From positions 113,068 through 177,067 of the forward strand of contig CAYZIY010000002.1 of the NCBI GenBank assembly GCA_964478715.1: a stretch of DNA of 64,000 bases. Direction: 5' to 3'. Under the pieces are notes generated by a model. The model was not told where the DNA came from. It worked only from the letters and a program-made list of their open reading frames with translations, and made no database searches. The stretch is from an uncultured Planctomycetales bacterium (GTDB lineage: Bacteria; Omnitrophota; Gorgyraeia; Zapsychrales; JBDRMG01). The position numbers and the translations under genes were made by a program. This document shows, one piece after another, positions 9,128 to 20,800 of this stretch; position 1 is the first letter of the stretch, and each line of letters starts with the position of its first letter.

Positions 9128-10046
9128 TATAAAAGAGACGGGGAACGGTTCCGATTCATAGACGAAAACGTTTCTGTCTTTCCGCTCGGGAAGATGTGCC
9201 GGATTTTGGAAGTATCAAGGAGCGGTTATTACGCGTGGTAGAAGCGACCGAAGAGTCAACGCAGGATCAATAACGAAACATTGCTCATTGAGATACAACG
9301 TGTGTTCATGGAGAACGACGCGAATTTTGGGAGCCCGAGGATCTGGAACGAGTTAAATAACGTCCAAGGCATCGGGTGTTCCAGGAACCGCGTGGCCCGA
9401 CTGATGCGTGAGGCGGGGCTGGCAGCGATCCATAAACGCAAGTTTAAAGTTACAACGAACTCGAAGCACAACTGGCCGGTGGCGCCCAATTTATTGGAAC
9501 GCAATTTCAACATTGATGAGCCCAATAAAATTTGGGTGACGGATATCAGTTATATCTGGACATGGGAAGGCTGGCTGTATTTGGCGTTTGTGTTAGACTT
9601 GTTCTCACGAGGCGTAGTTGGACTGACCATGTCGAACAGAATGACGGATGAATTAACGCAGAATGTGCTAAATCAGGCCATTGGCCGACGGAATCCTGAG
9701 TCTGGGCTGATTCATCATTCGGACCGTGGCAGCCAATACGCCAGCGGCGATTATCAGGCGCTGCTTAAAAAGCACAAAATCACACCGAGCATGAGCCGTA
9801 AAGGCGATTGCTGGGATAACGCTGTTGCTGAGAGTTTTTTACACACGTTAAAAGTTGAGAAAGTAAACCGTTATAGGTTTAAAACGAGGGATGAAGCAAA
9901 AAGAGAAATCTTTCGTTATATCGAGATGTATTACAACCGGAAAAGAACGCATTCATCCCTCGGGTATCTTAGCCCGTTTGAGTACGAAAAGCGTTCGGTT
10001 CCATCTTTATTAACCGTCCACTGATCTGGGGAAGGTCAACAGTAAA
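9128..10046 (+). mobile_element. 5'-truncated second IS3-family element (orfB only). Its orfA/left end was replaced by the nested IS at 7980-9127.
   Basis: The region 9140-9280 encodes the typical OrfB N-terminal segment (…KMCRILEVSRSGYYAW*KRPKSQRR…) with an in-frame TAG at 9239-9241. No orfA or left inverted repeat is present. The right boundary is uncertain. Confidence 0.55.
9281..10024 (+). CDS. IS3-family transposase OrfB (integrase core) of the truncated copy. Probably non-functional.
   Basis: IWVTDISYIWTWEGWLYLAFVLDLFSRGVVG...HSDRGSQYAS...CWDNAVAESF matches the DDE integrase. Upstream in-frame stop. No cognate orfA. Confidence 0.75.
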   Translation: MLIEIQRVFMENDANFGSPRIWNELNNVQGIGCSRNRVARLMREAGLAAIHKRKFKVTTNSKHNWPVAPNLLERNFNIDEPNKIWVTDISYIWTWEGWLYLAFVLDLFSRGVVGLTMSNRMTDELTQNVLNQAIGRRNPESGLIHHSDRGSQYASGDYQALLKKHKITPSMSRKGDCWDNAVAESFLHTLKVEKVNRYRFKTRDEAKREIFRYIEMYYNRKRTHSSLGYLSPFEYEKRSVPSLLTVH

Positions 10047-11261
10047 ATGAATCTTGAAAGCACTCAAGTTCTTTATATTGCATATGGGGGGATCATGCAA
10101 AATGTTTTTGATTCTCAAGTATTACAGTATGTGAAGTGCCTGAGGGAACGCAATGTCGGAATTACATTAATTGTTTTTGATCAATTTAATAAGATTTTCT
10201 TAAAAGAATATTTCCAAAAGAGAAAGAAGATCAAGGAAGATCTCGGCGAGCATGTTTATTGTATGTTTAGATTACCTCTCATGGGACGTTTCAGCGTTCA
10301 GATTGATGCGTTTAGACTACATTTATATTTTAAGAAACATTTTCAATCTAAATACAAGAAGATTATATTTCATTGTCGTAATTTATGGGCATCTTATCTT
10401 GCTTTGAAAAGTATAAAAAACAAGGAGAATATATTTCACGTTTTAGCGGATATCAGAGGAGATCAAATAGCAGAATATCGATGCTATTACCCAGATTCGC
10501 TACTCACCAGATGGAAAATAAAAGAACTTCAATTAGTGGGGCATTACACTTGCAAGCACGTAACAAAATTGTTTTGTGTTTCCTCAGTTTTGGCAGAAAC
10601 TTTGGAGAAAAAATATTGTATCAATACGGATGATATTATTGTGGTGCCGACATGCGTCGATCATAGAATATATTCATCTAACTATGATTCAAGAAAGGCT
10701 CTGAGAAAGAAACTTGGCATTGCCGATAAGTTTGTTATTGTTTACAACGGAGGGCTGCAGGGGTGGCAAAACTTCGAAGGCCTCATCCAGATAGCGACAA
10801 AAATCAGTCAGATAGATAGCACCACATTTTTCTTTGTTTTAACAAAAGATGTTTCTACAGCAAAAACATATCTTGAAAAACATTCTTTTCCAAAAGAACA
10901 GTATAAGGTTATGAATTTGCAATATGGTAAAATGGCGAAATTTCTATCGTGCGGCGATCTCGGGCTGCTTGTTAGAAAGCAGAATGATGTGAATAAAGTT
11001 GCAAGCCCAACAAAATTTGCCGAATATCTCGCATGCGGAATGCCAGTATTGGTGAGTCCGAATATCGGTGATACGGAATCAATCATCAAGAATGAAAATG
11101 TTGGTTTCGTTTTAGGAAATGATTTGCAGTTAGCAGCCTTACTGAAGAGGATAAAAGATGATCGTGAAGCCCTTGCAGCTGATTGCATGAAGGTCGCAAT
11201 GAAATATTATGACTTAGAGACCTATCTTGATCAAATTCAGAATATTTATGATTCAATATAG
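10047..11261 (+). CDS. Glycosyltransferase family 4.
   Basis: N-terminal VLYIAYGG. C-terminal KFAEYLACGMPVLVSPNIGDTESIIKNENVGFVL (EX7E-like GT4 motif). Confidence 0.8.
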   Translation: MNLESTQVLYIAYGGIMQNVFDSQVLQYVKCLRERNVGITLIVFDQFNKIFLKEYFQKRKKIKEDLGEHVYCMFRLPLMGRFSVQIDAFRLHLYFKKHFQSKYKKIIFHCRNLWASYLALKSIKNKENIFHVLADIRGDQIAEYRCYYPDSLLTRWKIKELQLVGHYTCKHVTKLFCVSSVLAETLEKKYCINTDDIIVVPTCVDHRIYSSNYDSRKALRKKLGIADKFVIVYNGGLQGWQNFEGLIQIATKISQIDSTTFFFVLTKDVSTAKTYLEKHSFPKEQYKVMNLQYGKMAKFLSCGDLGLLVRKQNDVNKVASPTKFAEYLACGMPVLVSPNIGDTESIIKNENVGFVLGNDLQLAALLKRIKDDREALAADCMKVAMKYYDLETYLDQIQNIYDSI

Positions 11262-11310
11262 TGTAAATGAAATCGATATCTCATTTTTAAATTAAATTCT
11301 AAAAAATGGC

Positions 11311-12411
11311 ATGCCCATGAAAGGAATCGAATCACAGAAATATAGAAAAGTTAGATTAGGAGTATGCCTACGACTTCACAACAAGCAGGCGGCTGAGCAT
11401 CTTAAGCCACTTCTTGACCATCCTTCTGTTACCAAGCTTCACATTGTCCGCCATGAGCCGATCAAGGGCCTGGCGTCATCAAAGGTTCAATATTACATTA
11501 TTAATAATAAAATGAAATGTCGTCGATTTTTTCTCATGTACCAAAAATGCAAGGAATTAGTCAGGAATAATCAAGTTGACGCATTTGTTTCCTTTAACCC
11601 AATTCCGTATGGATGTATTTCAGCCCTAGCTTCAAGATCAAAGAATATCCCTTTTCATTTTGGATTCATTGGTAGCGATTGGTACGGAAATTCGCAGTCA
11701 TTATTCTGGAGAATATTCAAATCGCTACTTAAAAAAGCTAGCTTTATAACAGTGACCGGAAAAAGTATGCTTAACCAAACAATCAGCATGGGTTTAAATC
11801 CAGAAAATATCGCTGTTTTACCGCATTCTATTGATCTTGAGCGATTTCAGATTTGTGATCAAGGAGTTAAGAAATATAATTTTATTTTCGTTGGTCAACT
11901 AATTAAACGTAAGCGTGTCGATCTCATCCTGCAAGCTTTGAGCATGATTAGAAAAGAATATCAGAATACAAAATTGTGCATTGTTGGGGATGGTCCATTA
12001 CGAAAGGCTTTAGAACAACAAGTGCGGCGGCTTGCGTTAACCGATGCAGTCGACTTTATTGGGCAAACGGATTCCGTACAAAACTATCTTAATCAGGCTA
12101 AGATTTTAGTCATGGCATCTGATATGGAAGGATTTCCATTTGCTATAGTTGAAGCGCTTTGTTCTGGGCTCGTACCAGTAAGCACAAGAACAGGAACCAT
12201 CGATGATGTGCTGATTGATGGCAAGAGTGGATTTATCGTTGAGTGCAGGGATGTCAATGGTTTGGCGAATAGTATGGTTCGTTTGCTTAAGGATCACAAT
12301 TTATATCAACAAATGCAGGAGGACATTTTCAAGCTGAGAAAAGACTATACTTATGAGAAGGCAACAGACATTTGGGATCAGTGGTTAAGTAAGCTAGAAA
12401 AAACAAGCTAG
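11311..12411 (+). CDS. Glycosyltransferase family 4.
   Basis: GFPFAIVEALCSGLVPVSTRTGTIDDVLIDGKSGFIV is a canonical GT4 C-terminal motif. Confidence 0.85.
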   Translation: MPMKGIESQKYRKVRLGVCLRLHNKQAAEHLKPLLDHPSVTKLHIVRHEPIKGLASSKVQYYIINNKMKCRRFFLMYQKCKELVRNNQVDAFVSFNPIPYGCISALASRSKNIPFHFGFIGSDWYGNSQSLFWRIFKSLLKKASFITVTGKSMLNQTISMGLNPENIAVLPHSIDLERFQICDQGVKKYNFIFVGQLIKRKRVDLILQALSMIRKEYQNTKLCIVGDGPLRKALEQQVRRLALTDAVDFIGQTDSVQNYLNQAKILVMASDMEGFPFAIVEALCSGLVPVSTRTGTIDDVLIDGKSGFIVECRDVNGLANSMVRLLKDHNLYQQMQEDIFKLRKDYTYEKATDIWDQWLSKLEKTS

Positions 12412-12421
12412 AAAAAATCTC

Positions 12422-12450
12422 TTGACAAAAAATTTTTTTCGTGTAAATTA
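12422..12450 (+). promoter_or_regulatory. Sigma-70-type promoter of groESL (-35 TTGACA, -10 TAAATT).
   Basis: TTGACA lies at 12422-12427. A 16-nt spacer follows, then TAAATT, which overlaps the CIRCE operator. Confidence 0.55.
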
Positions 12451-12474
12451 GCACTCTTAGAGGATGAGTGCCAA
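12448..12474 (+). promoter_or_regulatory. CIRCE element (HrcA operator) upstream of groES.
   Basis: TTAGCACTC-N9-GAGTGCCAA matches the consensus TTAGCACTC-N9-GAGTGCTAA with one mismatch. Confidence 0.85.
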
Positions 12475-12562
12475 TTCAATTCGCGCTTCTAATTTACGTC
12501 GTCTCTCAATGAAACGATAGAGGACTCCGTAAATTAAGCGCTCATTAAAAAAAGGAGGAGAT

Positions 12563-14538
<1,976 letters not shown>

Positions 14539-14566
14539 TCCCGCCTTGTTGATGAAGAAAAAAATG

Positions 14567-14601
14567 ACGGGCAGGGGCCTAAAGGCCCCTGCCCGTTTTT
14601 C
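14567..14601 (+). terminator. Rho-independent terminator after groEL.
   Basis: ACGGGCAGGGGCC-TAAA-GGCCCCTGCCCGT hairpin followed by TTTTT. Confidence 0.75.
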
Positions 14602-14629
14602 TTATCTTCTTATCTTCCGATATAAACTA

Positions 14630-14658
14630 TTGACAAAATCCTCTTTCATTATTATATT
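14630..14658 (+). promoter_or_regulatory. Candidate sigma-70 promoter for the IMPDH-family/guaA operon.
   Basis: TTGACA, then a 17-nt spacer, then TATATT. Confidence 0.35.
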
Positions 14659-14718
14659 AAAACCCTATAATTCCTGAAAAATGATAAATTCTAAGAATTC
14701 TAAAGCGGAGGTATCCAT

Positions 14719-15879
14719 ATGGCTGAATGGATTGGCATAGGTCGCAGAGCGCGAAGATGTTACGGTTTTGATGAAGTAGCCTTGGTTCCAAAAAATTTAA
14801 CCGTAAATCCCGATGAAGTGGATGCAACCTGGAAGCTTGGCAAGTTCAAATTCAAAGTACCCATCTTGGCGGCCGCTATGGATGGTGTTGTCGGCGTTAA
14901 ATTTGCGATCGAAATGGGCAAGCTGGGGGGAGTGGCCGTCCTTAATTTAGACGGTGTTCAAACTCGCTATGATAATCCGTTGAAAGTTCTTAATCAAATT
15001 GCCAAGGCCTCTCCCGCTGAAGCCACCAAATTGGTGCAAAGCGTTTATACAAAACCTGTTAAAGAAAAACTCATTGCCAAACGGATTCAAGAAATAAAAA
15101 AAGCCAAAGTTCCAGCGGTCGTCAGTTGTATTCCCCAAAACGCGGAGAAATTCCACAGAGTGGCCCAGGATGCCGGCTGTGATATTTTTGTGGTACAGTC
15201 TACGGTCGCATCAACCCAGCACATTTCCAAATCATACAAGATTCTTAAAATGGATAAATTCTGTCAATCTAGTCAGATTCCGATTATCATTGGAAATTCC
15301 GTGACCTATGATGTGGCTCTCGAGTTGATGGAGGCTGGAGCCGCCGGGTTGTTGATCGGGGTCGGTCCCGGCGCGGCTTGCACCACCCGAGGAGTTTTGG
15401 GTATCGGCGTTCCTCAAATTACCTCTACCGTTGATTCCTGCGCGGCTCGGGATTATTTCTATAAAAAGACAGGAAAATATGTCGCCATCATTACCGACGG
15501 TGGAATGAGAATCGGTGGGGATATCTGCAAGGCCTTTGCCGCCGGAGCCGATGCGGTGATGGTCGGCAGTGCCTTTGCCCGGGCCAAGGAATCTCCCGGA
15601 AAGGGATATCACTGGGGCATGGCTACCTCTCATGCCAATTTACCCAGAGGAACCCGTATTCAAGTCGGTACCAGTGGAACTCTTAAAGAGATTCTTTTCG
15701 GACCAGCCCAAGTCGATGACGGATCTCAGAATCTGGTCGGTGCTTTACAGACATCCATGGGGTCTTTGGGAGCCAGCAGTATCCAAGAAATGCATGATGT
15801 GGAAATCATTATCGCGCCATCCATTCAAACAGAAGGTAAAATTTTCCAGGTTGGCCAAAGAGTCGGAATGGGTAAATAA
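14719..15879 (+). CDS. IMP dehydrogenase/GMP reductase-family protein lacking the CBS pair (GuaB-like, catalytic Cys loop present).
   Basis: N-terminal GFDEVALVP and catalytic loop GVGPGAACTTR. At 386 aa it is too short to hold a Bateman (CBS) insert. Confidence 0.8.
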   Translation: MAEWIGIGRRARRCYGFDEVALVPKNLTVNPDEVDATWKLGKFKFKVPILAAAMDGVVGVKFAIEMGKLGGVAVLNLDGVQTRYDNPLKVLNQIAKASPAEATKLVQSVYTKPVKEKLIAKRIQEIKKAKVPAVVSCIPQNAEKFHRVAQDAGCDIFVVQSTVASTQHISKSYKILKMDKFCQSSQIPIIIGNSVTYDVALELMEAGAAGLLIGVGPGAACTTRGVLGIGVPQITSTVDSCAARDYFYKKTGKYVAIITDGGMRIGGDICKAFAAGADAVMVGSAFARAKESPGKGYHWGMATSHANLPRGTRIQVGTSGTLKEILFGPAQVDDGSQNLVGALQTSMGSLGASSIQEMHDVEIIIAPSIQTEGKIFQVGQRVGMGK

Positions 15880-15894
15880 GATAAAAAAGGTTGG

Positions 15895-17649
15895 ATGAGA
15901 ATGAAAAAGAAAAAGACGGTCAAAAAGAAAAAGAAATCAACCGCCTCAAACAGCAAAAAAAGGGTTCGCGCTAAAATGACCCCAGCCAAAAAAACAAAAA
16001 AGGCGAAAACAAGAACAAATTTCCGCAGTAAACGGTTTATCCGCGGACTGATCCGGGGCAAGGCATCTGCGCGTTTTTCCAAGAAAGTCTACCGGCCGGT
16101 TCGTCATCGTTCGAAAGATGTCATTTTGGTTCTTGATTTTGGCAGTCAATACACGCAATTGATTGCACGGCGTATCAGAGAAAACAAAGTTTTTAGCCGG
16201 ATCGTTCCGTTTAATATTTCCATGGAAGAAATCGAGAAGATCAATCCACGGGGCGTTATTTTTTCAGGCGGACCCCAAAGTGTTTACGATAAAAATGCGC
16301 CGATGCCGCACAAGGATATTTTCAAACTCGGGAAACCGATTTTCGGTATCTGCTATGGGATGCAGGTGATGGCGTATATGCTCAGTGGCAAGGTTAAATC
16401 GACATCCGAGAGAGAGTACGGCCGGGCCGAGCTTTTTATTGACCGCAATCGGACTCTATTTGAAAATCTGCCCAGTAATATTACATGCTGGATGAGTCAC
16501 GGCGATGAAATCAAGAAGCTTCCTTCTGGTTTTAAAGTCTTGGCGCACACGCTCAATAATCCGATCGCCGCAATTGGCCATACGTCCAAAAAAATGTTTG
16601 GTGCTCAATTTCATCCGGAAGTCGTTCATACCCAAAGAGGCAATCAGGTTTTAACGAATTTTATCTTCCAGATTTGCGGTTGTTTGCCGCGATGGACCAT
16701 GGATCGATTCATTCATGAGAATGTTAAAAATATTAAAGAAATGGTTGGTGATAAACATGTGGTGATGGGTTTAAGCGGTGGGGTGGATTCATCGGTGACG
16801 GCTGTTTTGATTCAAAAAGCTATTGGCAAAAAACTTCATTGCATCTTGATCGACAATGGCTTGTTGCGCAAAAATGAAGCCGAGGCGGTTTCCAAGGCTT
16901 TTAAGGGTCATTTCAAGATGAATTTAATGGTGATCAATGCGCAAAAACGGTTTTTAATTCGTCTTAAGAATGTCGAGGACCCCGAACAGAAAAGAAAAAT
17001 TATCGGCGATGAATTTATCAAGGTCTTTCAAGAGGCCGCTAGGAAGATTAAACAGGTTGACTTTCTCGGTCAGGGGACGCTTTATCCCGATGTGATCGAG
17101 TCCGTCTCGGCTTTCGGCGGTCCGACAGCCACCATCAAAAGTCATCATAATGTGGGGGGGCTGCCCAAAACCATGAAGCTCAAACTGATTGAACCGCTGC
17201 GCGATCTCTTTAAAGATGAGGTCAGACGCTTGGGGGCAAGTCTCGGTCTTCCCGATCAGATTTTAAAACGTCAGCCGTTTCCGGGTCCGGGATTGGCCAT
17301 TCGCATTATAGGCGATGTCACTCAGGAAAGACTAGATATCCTTAAAGAGGCCGATGAAAGGGTATTGGATGAAATCAAAAAAGCCGGATTGTACGATGAA
17401 ATATGGCAGGCCTTTGCAGTCCTGTTACCCGTGAAGTCAGTCGGTGTGATGGGCGATAAAAGGACATATGAAAATGCGGTGGCCTTGCGGTGCGTCACTA
17501 GCTCCGATGGGATGACGGCTGACTGGGTTAAGTTGCCTTATGAAGTGCTGGGGCGCATTGCCAATAGGATTATTAACGAAGTCCAGGGTATCAATCGCGT
17601 TGTTTATGATATTAGTTCCAAACCGCCCTCGACTATTGAGTGGGAATAA
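15895..17649 (+). CDS. guaA: GMP synthase (glutamine-hydrolysing) with a roughly 70-aa Lys/Arg-rich N-terminal extension.
   Basis: [20 protein letters not shown] starts the GATase domain, SGGVDSSV is the PP-loop, and the C-terminus is ...PPSTIEWE. No alternative in-frame ATG/GTG/TTG lies between Met28 and the conserved start, so the basic extension appears genuine. Confidence 0.9.
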   Translation: MRMKKKKTVKKKKKSTASNSKKRVRAKMTPAKKTKKAKTRTNFRSKRFIRGLIRGKASARFSKKVYRPVRHRSKDVILVLDFGSQYTQLIARRIRENKVFSRIVPFNISMEEIEKINPRGVIFSGGPQSVYDKNAPMPHKDIFKLGKPIFGICYGMQVMAYMLSGKVKSTSEREYGRAELFIDRNRTLFENLPSNITCWMSHGDEIKKLPSGFKVLAHTLNNPIAAIGHTSKKMFGAQFHPEVVHTQRGNQVLTNFIFQICGCLPRWTMDRFIHENVKNIKEMVGDKHVVMGLSGGVDSSVTAVLIQKAIGKKLHCILIDNGLLRKNEAEAVSKAFKGHFKMNLMVINAQKRFLIRLKNVEDPEQKRKIIGDEFIKVFQEAARKIKQVDFLGQGTLYPDVIESVSAFGGPTATIKSHHNVGGLPKTMKLKLIEPLRDLFKDEVRRLGASLGLPDQILKRQPFPGPGLAIRIIGDVTQERLDILKEADERVLDEIKKAGLYDEIWQAFAVLLPVKSVGVMGDKRTYENAVALRCVTSSDGMTADWVKLPYEVLGRIANRIINEVQGINRVVYDISSKPPSTIEWE

Positions 17650-17856
17650 GATAAAATCAAAATGTAAAAAGCAAAAATTAAAATGGTCGGGATATATTTG
17701 GCCATTAAAAGTAGACTTGTAATTCAATCCTGCCTGCAAAAAAATTCGCGTCTCTTTTCAAAAATTGATATAATAGCCCATCATTTTTAAATGGAGTTTC
17801 TTTTTCAATTTTAGTTTTCTGTTTTTTATTTTTGAATTTTAATTTTTTATATTTCT

Positions 17857-20800
17857 ATGATTTATCATTCCGATTTTGTCCATCTGCATGTTCACACGCA
17901 ATACAGTCTTCTAGATGGAGGCTGCCGTATCCCGGAACTCATGCAAAAGGCTTCCGATTTGCGTATGCCCGCTATTGCCATGACCGATCACGGAAATCTA
18001 TTTGGCACCATCGATTTTTATCAAAAAGCCATCAAATATGGAGTGAAACCGATTATCGGCTGTGAAATGTATTTAGCGCCGGGGAGCCGTTTTGAGAAAA
18101 GACCGGGAGTGGGTGCCTCAGGCCATATCGTTTTATTATGCAAAGACGAAGAAGGCTATCGCAATCTTCTCAAGCTGGTTTCCATGGGGTATTTGGAAGG
18201 TTTTTACTATAAGCCGCGCATCGATAAAGAGATTCTTCAAAAACATCATAAAGGCTTGATCGCTTTGTCGGCTTGTCTTAAGGGTGAGGTCTCATCGCAT
18301 ATAATCGAAGGACGCTTAGAGGCTGCTACGTTGATTGCCGATGAATACCGCCAGATCATGGGTGAGGGAAATTTTTATTTGGAGATGATGGAAAATGGTA
18401 TTCTTGAACAAAAAATGGCGAATAAAGGCTTGATGGAGATCTCCAAGAAATTAGGAATTCCGGTTGTGGCTACCAATGATATTCACTACATTGAACGATT
18501 TCAGTCATCGGCCCATGAAGCGCTTTTGTGCATCCAGACGCAGGCCACTTTAGATGACCCCAAGCACATGCGCATGCAGACAGATGAATTCTATTTTAAA
18601 ACGCCTGAAGAAATGAAGAAGCTGTTTACCTATTGCCCTGAAGCGATTAAAAAAACGATTGAGATCGCTGAGAAATGCAATCTGGAAATGAATTTTAATA
18701 AGATCCACCTTCCGCGTTATGACCCGCCCGGTGGAATAACCAAAGAAGTTTTTCTCAGAGAACTTTGTGAGGAAGGTTTATCCAGACGTTACGAAACCAA
18801 GACCCCCCAGCTCAAAGAACGATTAGAGCATGAACTTAAGATCATCAAAGAAATGGGCTTTGTTAGCTACTTCTTAATTGTCTGGGATTTTATCCATTAT
18901 GCCAAGCAGAATAAGATTCCCGTCGGTCCGGGCCGTGGGTCTGCGGCGGGAAGTTTGGTCAGCTATCTGCTTGAAATCACAGATTTAGATCCGCTGCGTT
19001 ATGGCCTGTTCTTTGAGCGTTTCTTAAATCCTGAACGCATGGGAATGCCGGATATCGATATTGATTTTTGTTATGAGCGGCGTAATGAAGTGATTGAATA
19101 TGTCACTAATAAATATGGAAAGAATAATGTGGCCCAGATTATTACCTTTGGAACGATGCAGGCCCGTGCCGCGATTCGCGATGTTGGCCGTGTCATGGGC
19201 GTTCCTTACGGGGATGTCGATAAAATCGCCAAAATGGTGCCGCCGGATCCCAGCATAAAACTGAAACAGGCTGTCCAGATTGAGCCGCAGTTGAAGAAGC
19301 TTTATGACGAAGACGAGCGGGCCAAGCGTATTATTGATACGGCTATGGTTCTCGAAGGTCTGAACCGTCATGCGTCTATTCATGCGGCGGGTGTGGTGAT
19401 TTCCGATAAGCCTCTGACAGAATACGTTCCGCTTTTTAAGACTAGCGATGATCAGATCACGACCGGCTTCTCGATGGACGGGATTGCCAAAATCGGTCTG
19501 CTCAAAATGGATTTCCTAGGCTTGCGCAATCTGACGGTTATCAGCAAGGCTATTAAAATCATCAAGGAAACAAAAGGTATTGATATTGATAGTAGAAATA
19601 TCCCTTTAGATGATCAAACAACCTTTCGTTTGCTGGGAGAAGCGCTTAGCCAAGGTGTTTTTCAACTGGAAAGCGGGGGAATGCGTGAACTTCTGAAGCG
19701 GATTAAACCCAACCAGTTTGAAGATCTGATTACGATATTGGCGCTTTATCGACCGGGGCCTATCGGAAGTGGCATGCTGGATGATTATATCCGCCGAAAA
19801 AAAGGCGAAGTGAATGTCCGTTATGATCACCCCAAGCTGGAGCCGATTCTTAAGGAAACTTATGGGATCATCGTTTTTCAGGAACAGGTTATGCAGATTG
19901 CAAGTATGGTGGCCGGATTCAGCCTCACCAAGGCCGATCATCTCCGAAAAGCGATGAGTAAAAAAATCCCTGATGTTATGGAGAAAATTCGTCAGGATTT
20001 TGTGGTGGGTTGTCAAAAGATAAGCAAGATTCATGAAGGTTTGGCCAACAAATTGTTTGATTTAATTGATTATTTCTCCGGATATGGTTTTAATCGAAGC
20101 CATAGCGCGGCTTATGCGTTGATCAGTTATCGGACAGCTTATTTGAAAGCCAATTATCAGGTTGAGTTTATGTGCGCCTTGCTGACTTGTGAGCGTGATA
20201 ATACGGATAAAGTGGTTGAATATGTAAAAGAAGCCGAAACAATGGAGATCAAGGTGCTCCCACCTGATGTCAATGAAAGCTTTCAGGACTTTAAGGTGAT
20301 TGATGATCAAACAATCCGTTACGGTTTGCTGGCTGTAAAAAACATCGGAAGCGGCGCGATTGAAAACATTGTTCATGCCAGATCCCAAGGTTCTTTTCAA
20401 TCCTTATTTGATTTTTGTCAGCGCGTGGATTTGCGCAGTGTAAATCGAAAGGTTGTTGAAAGTTTGATCAAATGCGGTGCCTTTGATTTTTTGGGTCTGA
20501 ATCGTTCGCAATTGATGGCTGTTTGCGAACGGGCCATAAATGCGGGCGCCAAGCATCAGAAAGAAAAGGCCAGCGGGCAGTTCAGTTTTTTTGAAATGGC
20601 TGAAACCAGTGAGCATTTTCGCGATAAAATTGAAGAAATTCCGGATCTCAAGGAATGGCCCCAAGCCCAGATTCTTTCCTATGAAAAAGAGCTTTTGGGA
20701 TTTTATTTAAGTGGTCATCCTTTAACCCGTTATTCGGTTGAAGCGAAAGAATTTACGGATTTTCCAATTTCCGATTTAATCAAGGCTGTTGAAAGCCAAG

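Noticed and set aside
9281-10024. Whether the second IS3 OrfB represents an active transposase gene.
   Set aside because: No orfA, no left inverted repeat, and an in-frame TAG in the conserved OrfB N-terminal segment (9239-9241). I treat it as a decaying remnant rather than a functional transposase.
15232-15633. 133-aa minus-strand ORF, and the 15569..15898 plus-strand ORF, overlapping the IMPDH-family gene.
   Set aside because: They overlap a well-supported CDS with conserved catalytic motifs. They are Gly/Ser/Arg-rich shadow translations.
17650-17856. AT-rich 200-bp region upstream of dnaE with a TGATATAAT extended -10-like box. Considered as a possible small RNA gene.
   Set aside because: No stable secondary structure or terminator was seen. 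It is most simply the dnaE promoter/leader, and I did not list it as a feature for lack of a convincing -35 box.
19024-20664. Several 86-142-aa minus-strand ORFs inside dnaE.
   Set aside because: They are internal to and antisense of the 1144-aa DnaE CDS. No independent support.
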